In this document: piece by piece, positions 1-8,360 of the stretch
How positions within the stretch are numbered: the first letter of the stretch is position 1
How the letters are laid out: each line of letters opens with the position of its first letter
IMG/VR virus record: IMGVR_UViG_3300030372_001217
Location: 1-34,768 of that record
Strand: one strand, 5' to 3'
DNA length: 34,768 bases
From: a virus
Taxonomy: Duplodnaviria; Caudoviricetes
Translations under genes and position numbers: made by a program
Notes under the pieces: model-generated
Told to the model about the DNA's origin: nothing
Database searches by the model: none
Seen by the model: only the letters and a program-made list of their open reading frames with translations

Positions 1-645
1 AAGGCTGAAGATACTGCAGAACCAGAAACAGAGTATCAAATGTATTCTGATGATGGCTCTGTTAACTATGAAACAGCTAACGAATTGTATGGTGAACAAC
101 TAGGTAATACATTTAAAGATAATGGCATAGATCCATTTGCAATGAACAAACATTTTGCAGAGAACAATGGTACTTTGTCTGACGAAATGTATGACCAACT
201 AGGTAATGCTGGTTTAAATAAACAGTTGGTAGACTCATATCTAAATGGTTTACGTGGTGAGCTAGGTTATGAAAATGCACAACCAACCTTAAGTGATGTA
301 GAAATCAACGAAGTAAAGGCAATAGCCAATGGAGAGGAGGGATATAATTTACTTATGGAATGGGCTAGCAACAACTTAGAGAAAGAAGACATACAAAATT
401 ATGATAGTGTGTTAGCCACAGGAAATAAGACAGCTATAAAATTTGCAGTGAAAGCACTTATGGGACAGTATGAAGATGCCAACGGACGTGATTCTAAAAT
501 AGTTACTGGTAAACAATCACCTCAAGAGACTTACAGAAGTATGGCAGAGGTTGTAAGAGATATGAATAAACCAGAGTACACATCTGATGAAGCGTTCAGA
601 GATGATGTCATTAGAAAACTATCCGCATCAAACTTAAAAGTATAG
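1..645 (+). CDS. Capsid assembly/scaffolding protein (T7 gp9-like), 5'-truncated by the window
   Basis: Frame is open from base 1. Acidic protein with GEEGYNLLMEWA and C-terminal YRSMAEVVRDMNKPEY...DEAFRDDVIRKL, typical of T7-like scaffolds; lies upstream of the capsid gene. Confidence 0.85.
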   Translation, partial: KAEDTAEPETEYQMYSDDGSVNYETANELYGEQLGNTFKDNGIDPFAMNKHFAENNGTLSDEMYDQLGNAGLNKQLVDSYLNGLRGELGYENAQPTLSDVEINEVKAIANGEEGYNLLMEWASNNLEKEDIQNYDSVLATGNKTAIKFAVKALMGQYEDANGRDSKIVTGKQSPQETYRSMAEVVRDMNKPEYTSDEAFRDDVIRKLSASNLKV

Positions 646-655
646 GAGATTAATC

Positions 656-802
656 ATGCCAATGGGTAAGGGGACTTACGGAAGTAAGAAAGGTAGACCA
701 GCAAAAAAAGGCAACGGTGCTAAAAAGTTAATGGCTAAAAACCCAAAGATACCACCAAAAGTAGCTAAAGCCATTGCTAAAAACATGAAGAAAAAAAAGT
801 GA
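656..802 (+). CDS. Small Lys-rich hypothetical protein, 48 aa (MPMGKGTYGSKKGRPAKK...)
   Basis: Translated by hand; AGGAG RBS at 644-648; tightly packed after the scaffold gene. Confidence 0.7.
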   Translation: MPMGKGTYGSKKGRPAKKGNGAKKLMAKNPKIPPKVAKAIAKNMKKKK

Positions 803-827
803 TGAAGCCCTGTACGTGTAAACATAA

Positions 828-977
828 ATGAAACTAACTACTCGCCAACAGAATACTTTAAAAAAACATTCTGAACATCACTCTGCAAAGCACATGGCTT
901 TTATGAAGAGATTGATGAGGCAAGGTGTCTCATTCTCACAGGCACATAAGAGGGCACAAGCCAAGGTAGGTAAGTAA
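828..977 (+). CDS. Small basic His/Lys-rich hypothetical protein, 49 aa (MKLTTRQQNTLKKHSEHHSAKHM...)
   Basis: Translated by hand; TAATG stop/start overlap with the next gene. Confidence 0.7.
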   Translation: MKLTTRQQNTLKKHSEHHSAKHMAFMKRLMRQGVSFSQAHKRAQAKVGK

Positions 978-1225
978 TGCCTAAGAAAAAAAGTGTTAGC
1001 TTGTCTCTAGGTAGAGGTGAGAAATCCCGTAAGGGTGGTCTTACTGCTAAAGGTAGGGCTAAATATAATCGTGCAACTGGTTCTAAACTTAAGGCTCCAC
1101 AACCTCAAGGAGGTGCACGTAAGCGTTCTTTCTGTGCCCGTATGAAGGGTAACAAAGGGCCAATGAAAGACAGCAAGGGTAGACCTACAAGGAAAGCTCT
1201 TGCATTACGAAGATGGAAATGTTAA
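977..1225 (+). CDS. Basic hypothetical protein, 82 aa (resembles DUF6321-type phage proteins)
   Basis: GGLTAKGRAKYN...LKAPQ...RKRSFCARM...ALRRWKC pattern recalled from marine phages; translationally coupled. Confidence 0.75.
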   Translation: MPKKKSVSLSLGRGEKSRKGGLTAKGRAKYNRATGSKLKAPQPQGGARKRSFCARMKGNKGPMKDSKGRPTRKALALRRWKC

Positions 1226-1227
1226 TC

Positions 1228-1278
1228 ATGCCAAAGAAAAAGAAAAAGTCTAAACCAACAAAGAAAAAGGGGTACTAA
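1228..1278 (+). CDS. Possible 16-aa poly-Lys micropeptide (MPKKKKKSKPTKKKGY)
   Basis: Fills the gap between two genes almost exactly and shares their composition; too short to be sure. Confidence 0.4.
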   Translation: MPKKKKKSKPTKKKGY

Positions 1279-1279
1279 C

Positions 1280-1441
1280 ATGGCTGCCAAGAGAGGACTT
1301 TATGCAAACATCCACGCCAAACGTAAGCGTATCAAAGCTGGTTCTGGTGAGAAGATGAGAAAACCAGGGAGCAAAGGAGCTCCCACCGCTGCCAATTTTA
1401 GAAGGTCAGCAAAAACCGCAAAAAAACGTAAAAAGAAATGA
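1280..1441 (+). CDS. Small basic hypothetical protein, 53 aa (MAAKRGLYANIHAKRKRIKAGSGEKMRKPGSKGAPT...)
   Basis: Translated by hand; GLYANIHAKR motif recalled from marine phages; ATGA overlap with hli. Confidence 0.75.
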   Translation: MAAKRGLYANIHAKRKRIKAGSGEKMRKPGSKGAPTAANFRRSAKTAKKRKKK

Positions 1442-1569
1442 CACACAACCACAACAATGACAAGTGGCACGTAGCTGAAGAGCTCAATGGTCGCCTTGCA
1501 ATGATAGGAGTAGTAGCTGCTATAGGTACATACTTCTTTACAGGTCAGATTATACCTGGAATTTTATAA
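1438..1569 (+). CDS. hli: High-light-inducible protein (HLIP), 43 aa
   Basis: MTHNHNNDKWHVAEELNGRLAMIGVVAAIGTYFFTGQIIPGIL contains the AExxNGRxAMIG chlorophyll-binding motif and the TGQIIPG tail. Not in the ORF track (too short). Confidence 0.95.
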   Translation: MTHNHNNDKWHVAEELNGRLAMIGVVAAIGTYFFTGQIIPGIL

Positions 1570-1574
1570 TCAAC

Positions 1575-1613
1575 ATGCTCCCATAAGAGGTCGGCTCTAG
1601 CTGGTGGGAGCAT
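1575..1613 (+). promoter_or_regulatory. Stem-loop in the psbA 5' leader
   Basis: ATGCTCCCA (1575-1583) pairs perfectly with TGGGAGCAT (1605-1613), enclosing a small AGAG/CTCT hairpin. Confidence 0.5.
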
Positions 1614-1645
1614 TATAACCTCGTACATTTTACATATTTATACAC

Positions 1646-2680
1646 ATGGCTGCAATCTCATTACAAAGAGAAACAACCAATAAGTGGCAAGAGTTATGTA
1701 AGTGGGTTACAAGCACAGACAACAGACTATACGTTGGTTGGTTCGGTGTACTTATGATCCCTGCATTACTTACAGCTGCAACCTGTTTTATTATCGCCTT
1801 CATAGCTGCTCCACCTGTTGACATAGACGGGATACGTGAACCAGTTTCTGGCTCTCTACTCTATGGAAACAACATCATCTCTGGGGCAATCGTCCCGTCA
1901 TCAAACGCAATCGGTCTGCACTTCTACCCAATCTGGGAGGCTGCAACCATTGACGAATGGCTCTACAATGGTGGGCCATACCAACTTATCGTATTCCATT
2001 TCCTCATCGGTGTCTCTGCTTATATGGGACGACAATGGGAACTTAGTTACAGATTAGGTATGAGACCTTGGATAGCAGTAGCATACTCAGCTCCAGTCTC
2101 AGCAGCCTTTGCTGTATTTCTTGTCTACCCTTTCGGGCAGGGGAGTTTCAGTGATGGTATGCCTCTTGGTATTTCTGGTACTTTTAATTTCATGTTTGTA
2201 TTCCAAGCCGAACACAATATCCTTATGCACCCGTTCCATATGCTCGGTGTTCTTGGGGTATTCGGTGGTTCTCTTGCCTCTGCTATGCACGGAAGTCTTG
2301 TTACTTCTTCTCTTATCAAGGAGACAACTGCATTGGAAGCTCAGAACTATGGTTATAAATTTGGACAGGAAGAGGAGACATATAACATCGTTGCAGCTCA
2401 CGGCTACTTCGGACGTTTACTTTTCCAATATGCAAGTTTTAACAATTCTCGCTCTCTACACTTCTTTCTGGCTGTTCTCCCCGTGGTTGGCATATGGTTT
2501 ACCTCTATGGGTATAGCTACTATGGCATTTAACTTAAACGGTTTCAACTTCAACCAATCAGTTGTTGATGCAAACGGGAAGGTTATTCCCACATGGGCTG
2601 ACATAGTTAACAGACAGAACCTTGGATTTGAGGTAATGCACGAGCGTAACGCACATAATTTTCCACTAGACCTTGCATAG
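1646..2680 (+). CDS. psbA: Photosystem II reaction-centre protein D1, 344 aa
   Basis: Unmistakable D1 ([38 protein letters not shown]); collinear with standard numbering; Y161, D170, E189, H190, H198, H215, H332, E333, H337, D342 and A344 are present. Confidence 0.99.
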   Translation: MAAISLQRETTNKWQELCKWVTSTDNRLYVGWFGVLMIPALLTAATCFIIAFIAAPPVDIDGIREPVSGSLLYGNNIISGAIVPSSNAIGLHFYPIWEAATIDEWLYNGGPYQLIVFHFLIGVSAYMGRQWELSYRLGMRPWIAVAYSAPVSAAFAVFLVYPFGQGSFSDGMPLGISGTFNFMFVFQAEHNILMHPFHMLGVLGVFGGSLASAMHGSLVTSSLIKETTALEAQNYGYKFGQEEETYNIVAAHGYFGRLLFQYASFNNSRSLHFFLAVLPVVGIWFTSMGIATMAFNLNGFNFNQSVVDANGKVIPTWADIVNRQNLGFEVMHERNAHNFPLDLA

Positions 2681-2750
2681 ATTTACATTAATTTTAACTT
2701 TAATTACAAATCTATTTATCATAGCTGGTGTCACTAGACACTGGCAGCCA

Positions 2751-2812
2751 CGTCCGTTCATCCTTCGGGACGCATGCAATCAGATCATGGAACGGGGGTC
2801 TGATACTGAGGT
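2751..2812 (+). ncRNA. Glutamine-II (Downstream-peptide) riboswitch
   Basis: P1 CCGTTC(2754-59)/GAACGG(2790-95); TCC-TTCG-GGA hairpin (2761-70); pseudoknot ATCAGATC(2779-86)/GGTCTGAT(2797-2804) next to a GAGG RBS; followed by a YRG-motif peptide. Confidence 0.8.
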
Positions 2813-2817
2813 ATATT

Positions 2818-2919
2818 ATGACTCAAGTAGAACTACAAGCTCGTCTTAAAGAGCAGAAGGATCATGCTAGAGCTATGAAACTTAAGTATCGTGGCATCGC
2901 ATATACACCAAACAGGTAA
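2818..2919 (+). CDS. 33-aa DUF4278-like peptide (MTQVELQARLKEQKDHARAMKLKYRGIAYTPNR)
   Basis: GAGG RBS at 2808-2811; LKYRGIAY motif is characteristic of peptides downstream of Gln-II riboswitches. Confidence 0.75.
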   Translation: MTQVELQARLKEQKDHARAMKLKYRGIAYTPNR

Positions 2920-2954
2920 ATGGCATACAGGGAGGTTCGAGTCCTCCCTTACCT
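2914..2954 (+). other. tRNA-like minihelix (acceptor-like stem plus T-arm)
   Basis: AGGTAA/TTACCT stem flanking GGGAGG-TTCGAGT-CCTCCC (canonical 7-nt T-loop); no D or anticodon arm. Confidence 0.5.
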
Positions 2955-3092
2955 ATTGGCATCAGCCTCTACGGAGATACCTAATGCCGTCATGACGGTG
3001 GGATAGACCACAACATCAGTATGAGTCTTAACTGAAACAAATAAGATTCCAACAAAACTAGATCTAGAAACGATAATTAATACCTTATAAAA

Positions 3093-4262
3093 ATGGCACA
3101 ACAGTCAACAAATAACCCAGCTTCACAAACCTTTCTGGGTAGAATAAATACAGCGACAAACGCTACAAACAACAGAGACCTTTATTTAAAGCTGTTCTCA
3201 GGTGAGATGTTTACTGGATTCCAGAGGGAAACTATCGCACGTGACTTAGTCATGAAGCGTACGTTAACCAACGGGAAGAGTTTGCAGTTCATCTATACTG
3301 GTCGCACAAGTGCGGAATACCACACACCTGGAAACAGTATATTAGGAAACTCTGACAAAACTCCTCCAGTAGCAGAAAAAACAATTACAGTCGATGACCT
3401 ATTAATCAGCTCGGCTTTTGTTTATGAGCTAGATGAGACACTAGCACACTATGAATTGAGAGGAGAGATCTCTAAGAAGATCGGCTATGCACTTGCACAA
3501 AAGTACGATAGACTAATCTTCAGAGCTATTGCTAAAGGTGCTAGACAGGCATCTCCAGTATCACTAACCAACTTCGTTGAGCCAGGTGGTACACAAATCA
3601 GAGTTGGTGCGGGTTCTAACGCAGACGATGCTCTTGATTCAGCTAAATTAGTTACAGCTTTCTATGATGCTGCAGCTGCTTTAGATGAAAAAGGGGTGAG
3701 TGATGACGGAAGAGTAGCCGTATTAAACCCTAGGCAATATTATTCCCTCATACAAGAGGCAGGCTCTAACGGTTTAATTAACAGAGATGTACAAGGTACA
3801 GCTTTACAGAGTGGAAACGGTGTAATTGAAATTGCAGGTATCAGAATCTTCAAGTCAATGAACGCTCCATTCTTCTCTAAGTATGGTACAAAGTATGCAC
3901 CTGCTAGTGGTGCTTCAGCTGCTACTGACCTTGATACAGTAGATCCTGGAAATACAGGTTCATTTGTATCTGAGGCAATTGAAACAGCTACAACAGTTAC
4001 AGGCAACAACTACGGAGCTCGTCAGAACTACGGTGCTGCTTCTAACTTTGCAAACACATGCGGATTAATATTCCAGCGTGAGGCTGCAGGTGTAGTTGAA
4101 ACTATTGGCCCACAGGTTCAAGTAACTTCTGGGGACGTTTCTGTAGTTTACCAAGGCGATGTCATCCTAGGAAGACTAGCTATGGGAGCAGACTATGTAA
4201 ACCCAGCAGCTTGTGTAGAATTGTTCGCTGGAACAACTACAAAGCCAGCTGCTTTCTCATAA
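3093..4262 (+). CDS. Major capsid protein (T7 gp10-like)
   Basis: LYLKLFSGEMFTGF, RTLTNGKSLQF, ITVDDLLIS, GYALAQKYDR motifs; gene order. Confidence 0.97.
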   Translation: MAQQSTNNPASQTFLGRINTATNATNNRDLYLKLFSGEMFTGFQRETIARDLVMKRTLTNGKSLQFIYTGRTSAEYHTPGNSILGNSDKTPPVAEKTITVDDLLISSAFVYELDETLAHYELRGEISKKIGYALAQKYDRLIFRAIAKGARQASPVSLTNFVEPGGTQIRVGAGSNADDALDSAKLVTAFYDAAAALDEKGVSDDGRVAVLNPRQYYSLIQEAGSNGLINRDVQGTALQSGNGVIEIAGIRIFKSMNAPFFSKYGTKYAPASGASAATDLDTVDPGNTGSFVSEAIETATTVTGNNYGARQNYGAASNFANTCGLIFQREAAGVVETIGPQVQVTSGDVSVVYQGDVILGRLAMGADYVNPAACVELFAGTTTKPAAFS

Positions 4263-4276
4263 CTATTTATTTATAT

Positions 4277-4298
4277 GGGGGCTTAGTCCCCCTTTTTT
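4277..4298 (+). terminator. Intrinsic terminator after the capsid gene (T7 Tphi-equivalent position)
   Basis: GGGGG-CTTAGT-CCCCC followed by TTTTTT. Confidence 0.85.
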
Positions 4299-4301
4299 AT
4301 T

Positions 4302-4943
4302 ATGTCAGTAATATCTTACGGAGTGTCTACCGAACTAGATGCTGTAAACTCAATCTTGATGAGCGTTGGAGAATCCCCAGTTAATACTATAACTAATGTG
4401 CAAAGCCCCGAAGTGGTTATGGCACAGACTACTCTAAGGCAAGTCTGCCGTGAGATACAATCTGAGGGATGGTCATACAACACAGAGAATGAGTATCCTA
4501 TTGACACCGATACCAACAACCAAGTGGTAGTTCCTAATAATATACTACAGATGGATCTTAATATATTCCAACATGGAAAAGATTATGATGTAGTAAGACG
4601 TAGTGATAACGGTGTAGCCAAAGTGTATGATAAAAAAGGTCATACATTTACATTTACAAATGTTAGTAAATTATTTTTTGATGTAATATGGATGATAGAT
4701 TTTGAAGATCTACCACAACCATTTAAAGATTACATCACCGCTAGAGCCTGTAGAATCGCCTCTAACCGTATGGTAAACAACCCGCAGTCTGCTAAGTTAC
4801 TTGAAGCTGATGAAGCCTATGCAAGAGCCACTGCACTTGAGTACGATGCAAAGCAAGGCGACTATAATATCTTTAATGATTTCCAATATCAACAAGATGC
4901 AAATACCGTGTATCGTCCATTTAAAGTATTGAGAAGAATGTAA
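4302..4943 (+). CDS. Tail tubular protein A (T7 gp11-like)
   Basis: TELDAVNSILMSVGESPV, QSEGWSYNTE, FEDLPQPFKDYITARA motifs; position after capsid. Confidence 0.93.
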   Translation: MSVISYGVSTELDAVNSILMSVGESPVNTITNVQSPEVVMAQTTLRQVCREIQSEGWSYNTENEYPIDTDTNNQVVVPNNILQMDLNIFQHGKDYDVVRRSDNGVAKVYDKKGHTFTFTNVSKLFFDVIWMIDFEDLPQPFKDYITARACRIASNRMVNNPQSAKLLEADEAYARATALEYDAKQGDYNIFNDFQYQQDANTVYRPFKVLRRM

Positions 4944-7930
4944 TGCCAACAGTAAATCAACGTATCCCAAACTTTCTAGGGGGTGTATCTCAACAGCCAG
5001 ATAAAATTAAATTTCCAGGACAGGTAAGGGTATGTGATAATGCTGTCCCAGACATAACATTTGGTTTAAAGAAACGTCCAGCTGGAGAGTTTGTTAAGAC
5101 TTTAACTAACGCAAACAACACAGGATTTTGGTACGAAATTTTGAGAGATGGTGACGAAAAATATATTGTACAAATGACACCCGCTGCCAGTTATTCTGGT
5201 ACAAAACCTATACGTATATGGGATCTATCAACTGGTGTAGAACAAAGTCTTACTAATAGTAATGGGGATTCTTTATTTCAGTACATGCAACAGACAGGTA
5301 CACATAAAGAATATTCAATACAAACTATACAAGATTATACGATTATATGTAATCCACAAAAAACAGTAGGTACTACTGGAAATACTTTTTCACCTATCCA
5401 TAGCGGGGACTATTCTTATGCTAGGCTTGATACTGTGGCTTATAATACTGAGTATATATTATATTCTGGTACAGCACCTGCACCTAATACTTACTTCAGA
5501 GTAACCTCTGTTAAAGTAGACAGGATTGTTGGAGGCAGTGCACAAGGCCCAACCTTTGATGACACAAACGAAGACCAAAGTAAATCTGGTACATTGACGT
5601 GGTCATTCTCTGGAGGTAGTGCAGTTAGTACCAGTGGTGCACAAGTAGGTGGTGCAAATATTACAGAAAATATTGAGGGCAGTTTACAAGTTAACGGTAA
5701 TAGTTTTATTGCTAATAATATAGCAAACTATGACGGAACTGGTACAACTCAACAGGATTTTTTAGGATATACTCAAGATTATGATGTTAGATATACTGCT
5801 ACAGTAACCCTACAAGACGGTGGTTTAATTAGGACTACTAATAAATCTACTGCAGAAGGACTATTTATAGACATTAGTTTAGAGGGAGAAACTTATAGAA
5901 TATCAGTTGAAGCTGTAGAACCAGTAACTACTTACAGAGATGTATCTGGTATAGCTTATTTTAAATCTCCAAAAAATCCAGACAATGGTGTGTTAAGTAT
6001 GGCAACCATTCTAAGAGGTCTAAAAGATAAAGTTAATAGTGATTTATCTAACGTAACTGCTGAAGTTATAGGTAGTGGTTTGTTTATGCACGGTTCCGCT
6101 GCAGATGGTGTTAACTTTCTTGGTGGTGCTGTCAATGAAAACATGAGTGTTATTGGTCAAAAGGCACAGGATATTAGTAGATTACCTGCTATGTGTAAAC
6201 ACGGGTATGTTGCTCAAATAGCTAACACTGCTGACTTAGACGTTGATGATTACTATGTAGAGTTTATAGCTGATAATGGCGTGTCTGGAGCTGGTAGCTG
6301 GGAAGAATGTGTTAGACCACATAACTTTTCATCTAATAGTGACCCCATGATTAAGGGTTTAGACCCCGCAACAATGCCACATGCACTTATAAACAACCGT
6401 AATGGTACGTTTACATTTGTTAAATTAGATGAAGCTACAGCAAATTCACAAAATAATGAAAATTATTGGAAAGATAGAGTAGTAGGAGACAACGCATCTA
6501 ACCCTTTTCCTACATTTAACGGGGCAGAAATACAGGAAATATTCTTTCACAGAAATAGATTAGGGTTTATTGCGGGTGAAAACATAGTAATGAGTAGACC
6601 TGGGGGGTACTTTAACTTCTTTATTGTGTCTGCTATATCCACCAGTGATGATAACCCCATAGATATAACAGTATCTGATGTAAAACCTGCGTTTATTAAT
6701 CATACATTACCTATACAGAAAGGTTTATTGATGTTTAGTGATAACGGTCAGTTCTTATTATTTACTGAGTCAGATATATTTAGTCCTAAAACAGCTAGAT
6801 TAAAAAAGGTAGCAAGTTACGAATGTGACTCTACCATACAACCTGTAGACCTTGGTACATCCGTACTATTTACATCTAATGTATCAGCCTATGCTAGAGC
6901 ATTTGAAGCTACAATATTAGATGATGATACACCGCCTAATATAACAGAACAGACTAGAGTAGTTCCAGAATTTTTACCAAAAGATATAACTAAATCTGCT
7001 AACTCAGTACCTATTGGTCTTGTTACGTATGGTAAAAGAGGTGATACTGCAGTATATCATTACAAGTATTACAACGCTGGTCAAAGACGTGAACAGTCTG
7101 CGTGGTATAGTTGGACATTGACAGGTACAATGCAACATATACTATATACAGGTGGTAGCTTTTTTACTGTTACACTACAAGGTAGTGATTATATCTTAAG
7201 TAGGTATGAATATGTAGCAGATGCTGACTCCACGAGAGCTTATGTGTTAGGTGGCACAGTGTCTGATGTAGGTTCACCCCTTAAAACAGCTCGTTGGTTT
7301 GAACCATGCCTCGATAACCTAGCTATAGCAAGTGTTGTTACAGGTACTGCACAAACTACAACATCTCCTGAGAAGACAGTATTAACAATACCTTATACAC
7401 CTACGGGTGCCACAAACTTCTTTATGGTAGGTATTTCTGGTAATGATAGCGATGGTAATTCTATCGTTGGGATTGTTAGAAAGGCAGATTCTGTTACTAC
7501 AAATAGTGCAACATTTAATAATATAAATATTAGTAGCTCTGCTAAAGTAGCAGTAGGATATAGTTACACAAGTATTATAGAATTACCAACTTACTATCTT
7601 AACAGAGGAGAAGCTAGATATGATACTGACGGTGAGTTACGTATATCTGGACTTAACTTCGAGTTAGGTGTTAGTGGCCCTATGCAGTTTAAGATTATTC
7701 CAACATTATCTAGTCGTAGTACCTACACTCAGTTTGAGTCTGGTATGTTGACAAACAATAGTAATTTTAACTCAGCTCCAGCTACACTATCTAAATCAGT
7801 ACGAGTACCTATACAAGCAAAGAACGAAAAGTATACTTTACAAATACAAATACCAGACCCATTTTCCACCGCCTTACTCTCAGCAAGCTGGGATGGCAAC
7901 TACAACGAAAAAAGACATGTACGAAGGTAA
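4943..7930 (+). CDS. Tail tubular protein B / nozzle (T7 gp12-like)
   Basis: N-terminal IPNFLGGVSQQPD...GLKKRP, MPHALI, FHRNRLGF, QSAWYSW; 995 aa. Confidence 0.93.
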   Translation: MPTVNQRIPNFLGGVSQQPDKIKFPGQVRVCDNAVPDITFGLKKRPAGEFVKTLTNANNTGFWYEILRDGDEKYIVQMTPAASYSGTKPIRIWDLSTGVEQSLTNSNGDSLFQYMQQTGTHKEYSIQTIQDYTIICNPQKTVGTTGNTFSPIHSGDYSYARLDTVAYNTEYILYSGTAPAPNTYFRVTSVKVDRIVGGSAQGPTFDDTNEDQSKSGTLTWSFSGGSAVSTSGAQVGGANITENIEGSLQVNGNSFIANNIANYDGTGTTQQDFLGYTQDYDVRYTATVTLQDGGLIRTTNKSTAEGLFIDISLEGETYRISVEAVEPVTTYRDVSGIAYFKSPKNPDNGVLSMATILRGLKDKVNSDLSNVTAEVIGSGLFMHGSAADGVNFLGGAVNENMSVIGQKAQDISRLPAMCKHGYVAQIANTADLDVDDYYVEFIADNGVSGAGSWEECVRPHNFSSNSDPMIKGLDPATMPHALINNRNGTFTFVKLDEATANSQNNENYWKDRVVGDNASNPFPTFNGAEIQEIFFHRNRLGFIAGENIVMSRPGGYFNFFIVSAISTSDDNPIDITVSDVKPAFINHTLPIQKGLLMFSDNGQFLLFTESDIFSPKTARLKKVASYECDSTIQPVDLGTSVLFTSNVSAYARAFEATILDDDTPPNITEQTRVVPEFLPKDITKSANSVPIGLVTYGKRGDTAVYHYKYYNAGQRREQSAWYSWTLTGTMQHILYTGGSFFTVTLQGSDYILSRYEYVADADSTRAYVLGGTVSDVGSPLKTARWFEPCLDNLAIASVVTGTAQTTTSPEKTVLTIPYTPTGATNFFMVGISGNDSDGNSIVGIVRKADSVTTNSATFNNINISSSAKVAVGYSYTSIIELPTYYLNRGEARYDTDGELRISGLNFELGVSGPMQFKIIPTLSSRSTYTQFESGMLTNNSNFNSAPATLSKSVRVPIQAKNEKYTLQIQIPDPFSTALLSASWDGNYNEKRHVRR

Positions 7931-8360
7931 GTATATTAAGCCTTGCACACCAGAGTTAGCTTTGAGTGTAGGGCTTAACCTACGTTACGAAGATAGACGA
8001 GAAGCCGAAGAAACCACAGGATTATGTGCGGAGGCTTCTATTCTTCAATCATTTTATGAATCAACTTATTCCGTGTATTTCACGGTTCCCAACGGCAAGG
8101 CTGCTGGAGTGGCGGGAGTGACACCGCACAATCTAATATGGATGTTATGTACTGATGCCAGCACAGAATATCCTCATACATTTGTTAAAGAAGCAAAACG
8201 CTGGGTAAACAGTTTACTTAATCCTTATTTGTGTAACCAAGCTGATATGCGTAATGAGTCACACATAAAATTATTGAAACTTTTAGGATTTACTTTAGTT
8301 AATTATCATGTCTACAATGGAGTTCCCTTGATACAATTTATTAAACCATGTGTACAGTAG
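7917..8360 (+). CDS. Internal virion protein A-like (T7 gp13 position)
   Basis: NLRYEDRRE, IWMLCT, N..HIKLLKLLGF pattern and position; start placed at ATG 7917 (ORF track begins at 7893). Confidence 0.7.
   Translation: MYEGKYIKPCTPELALSVGLNLRYEDRREAEETTGLCAEASILQSFYESTYSVYFTVPNGKAAGVAGVTPHNLIWMLCTDASTEYPHTFVKEAKRWVNSLLNPYLCNQADMRNESHIKLLKLLGFTLVNYHVYNGVPLIQFIKPCVQ

Noticed and set aside
1836-2516. Alternative-frame + strand ORFs inside psbA
   Set aside because: No motifs or RBS; explained by codon bias of a highly conserved gene.
2728-2817. Longer GTG-started version of the YRG peptide ORF
   Set aside because: The extension runs through the riboswitch; the RBS supports ATG 2818.
2914-2954. 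A real tRNA gene
   Set aside because: Only T-arm and acceptor-like stems; no D or anticodon arm and no CCA.
4230-4300. T7 10A/10B-type capsid frameshift extension
   Set aside because: No clear slippery site, and the terminator and next gene follow immediately.
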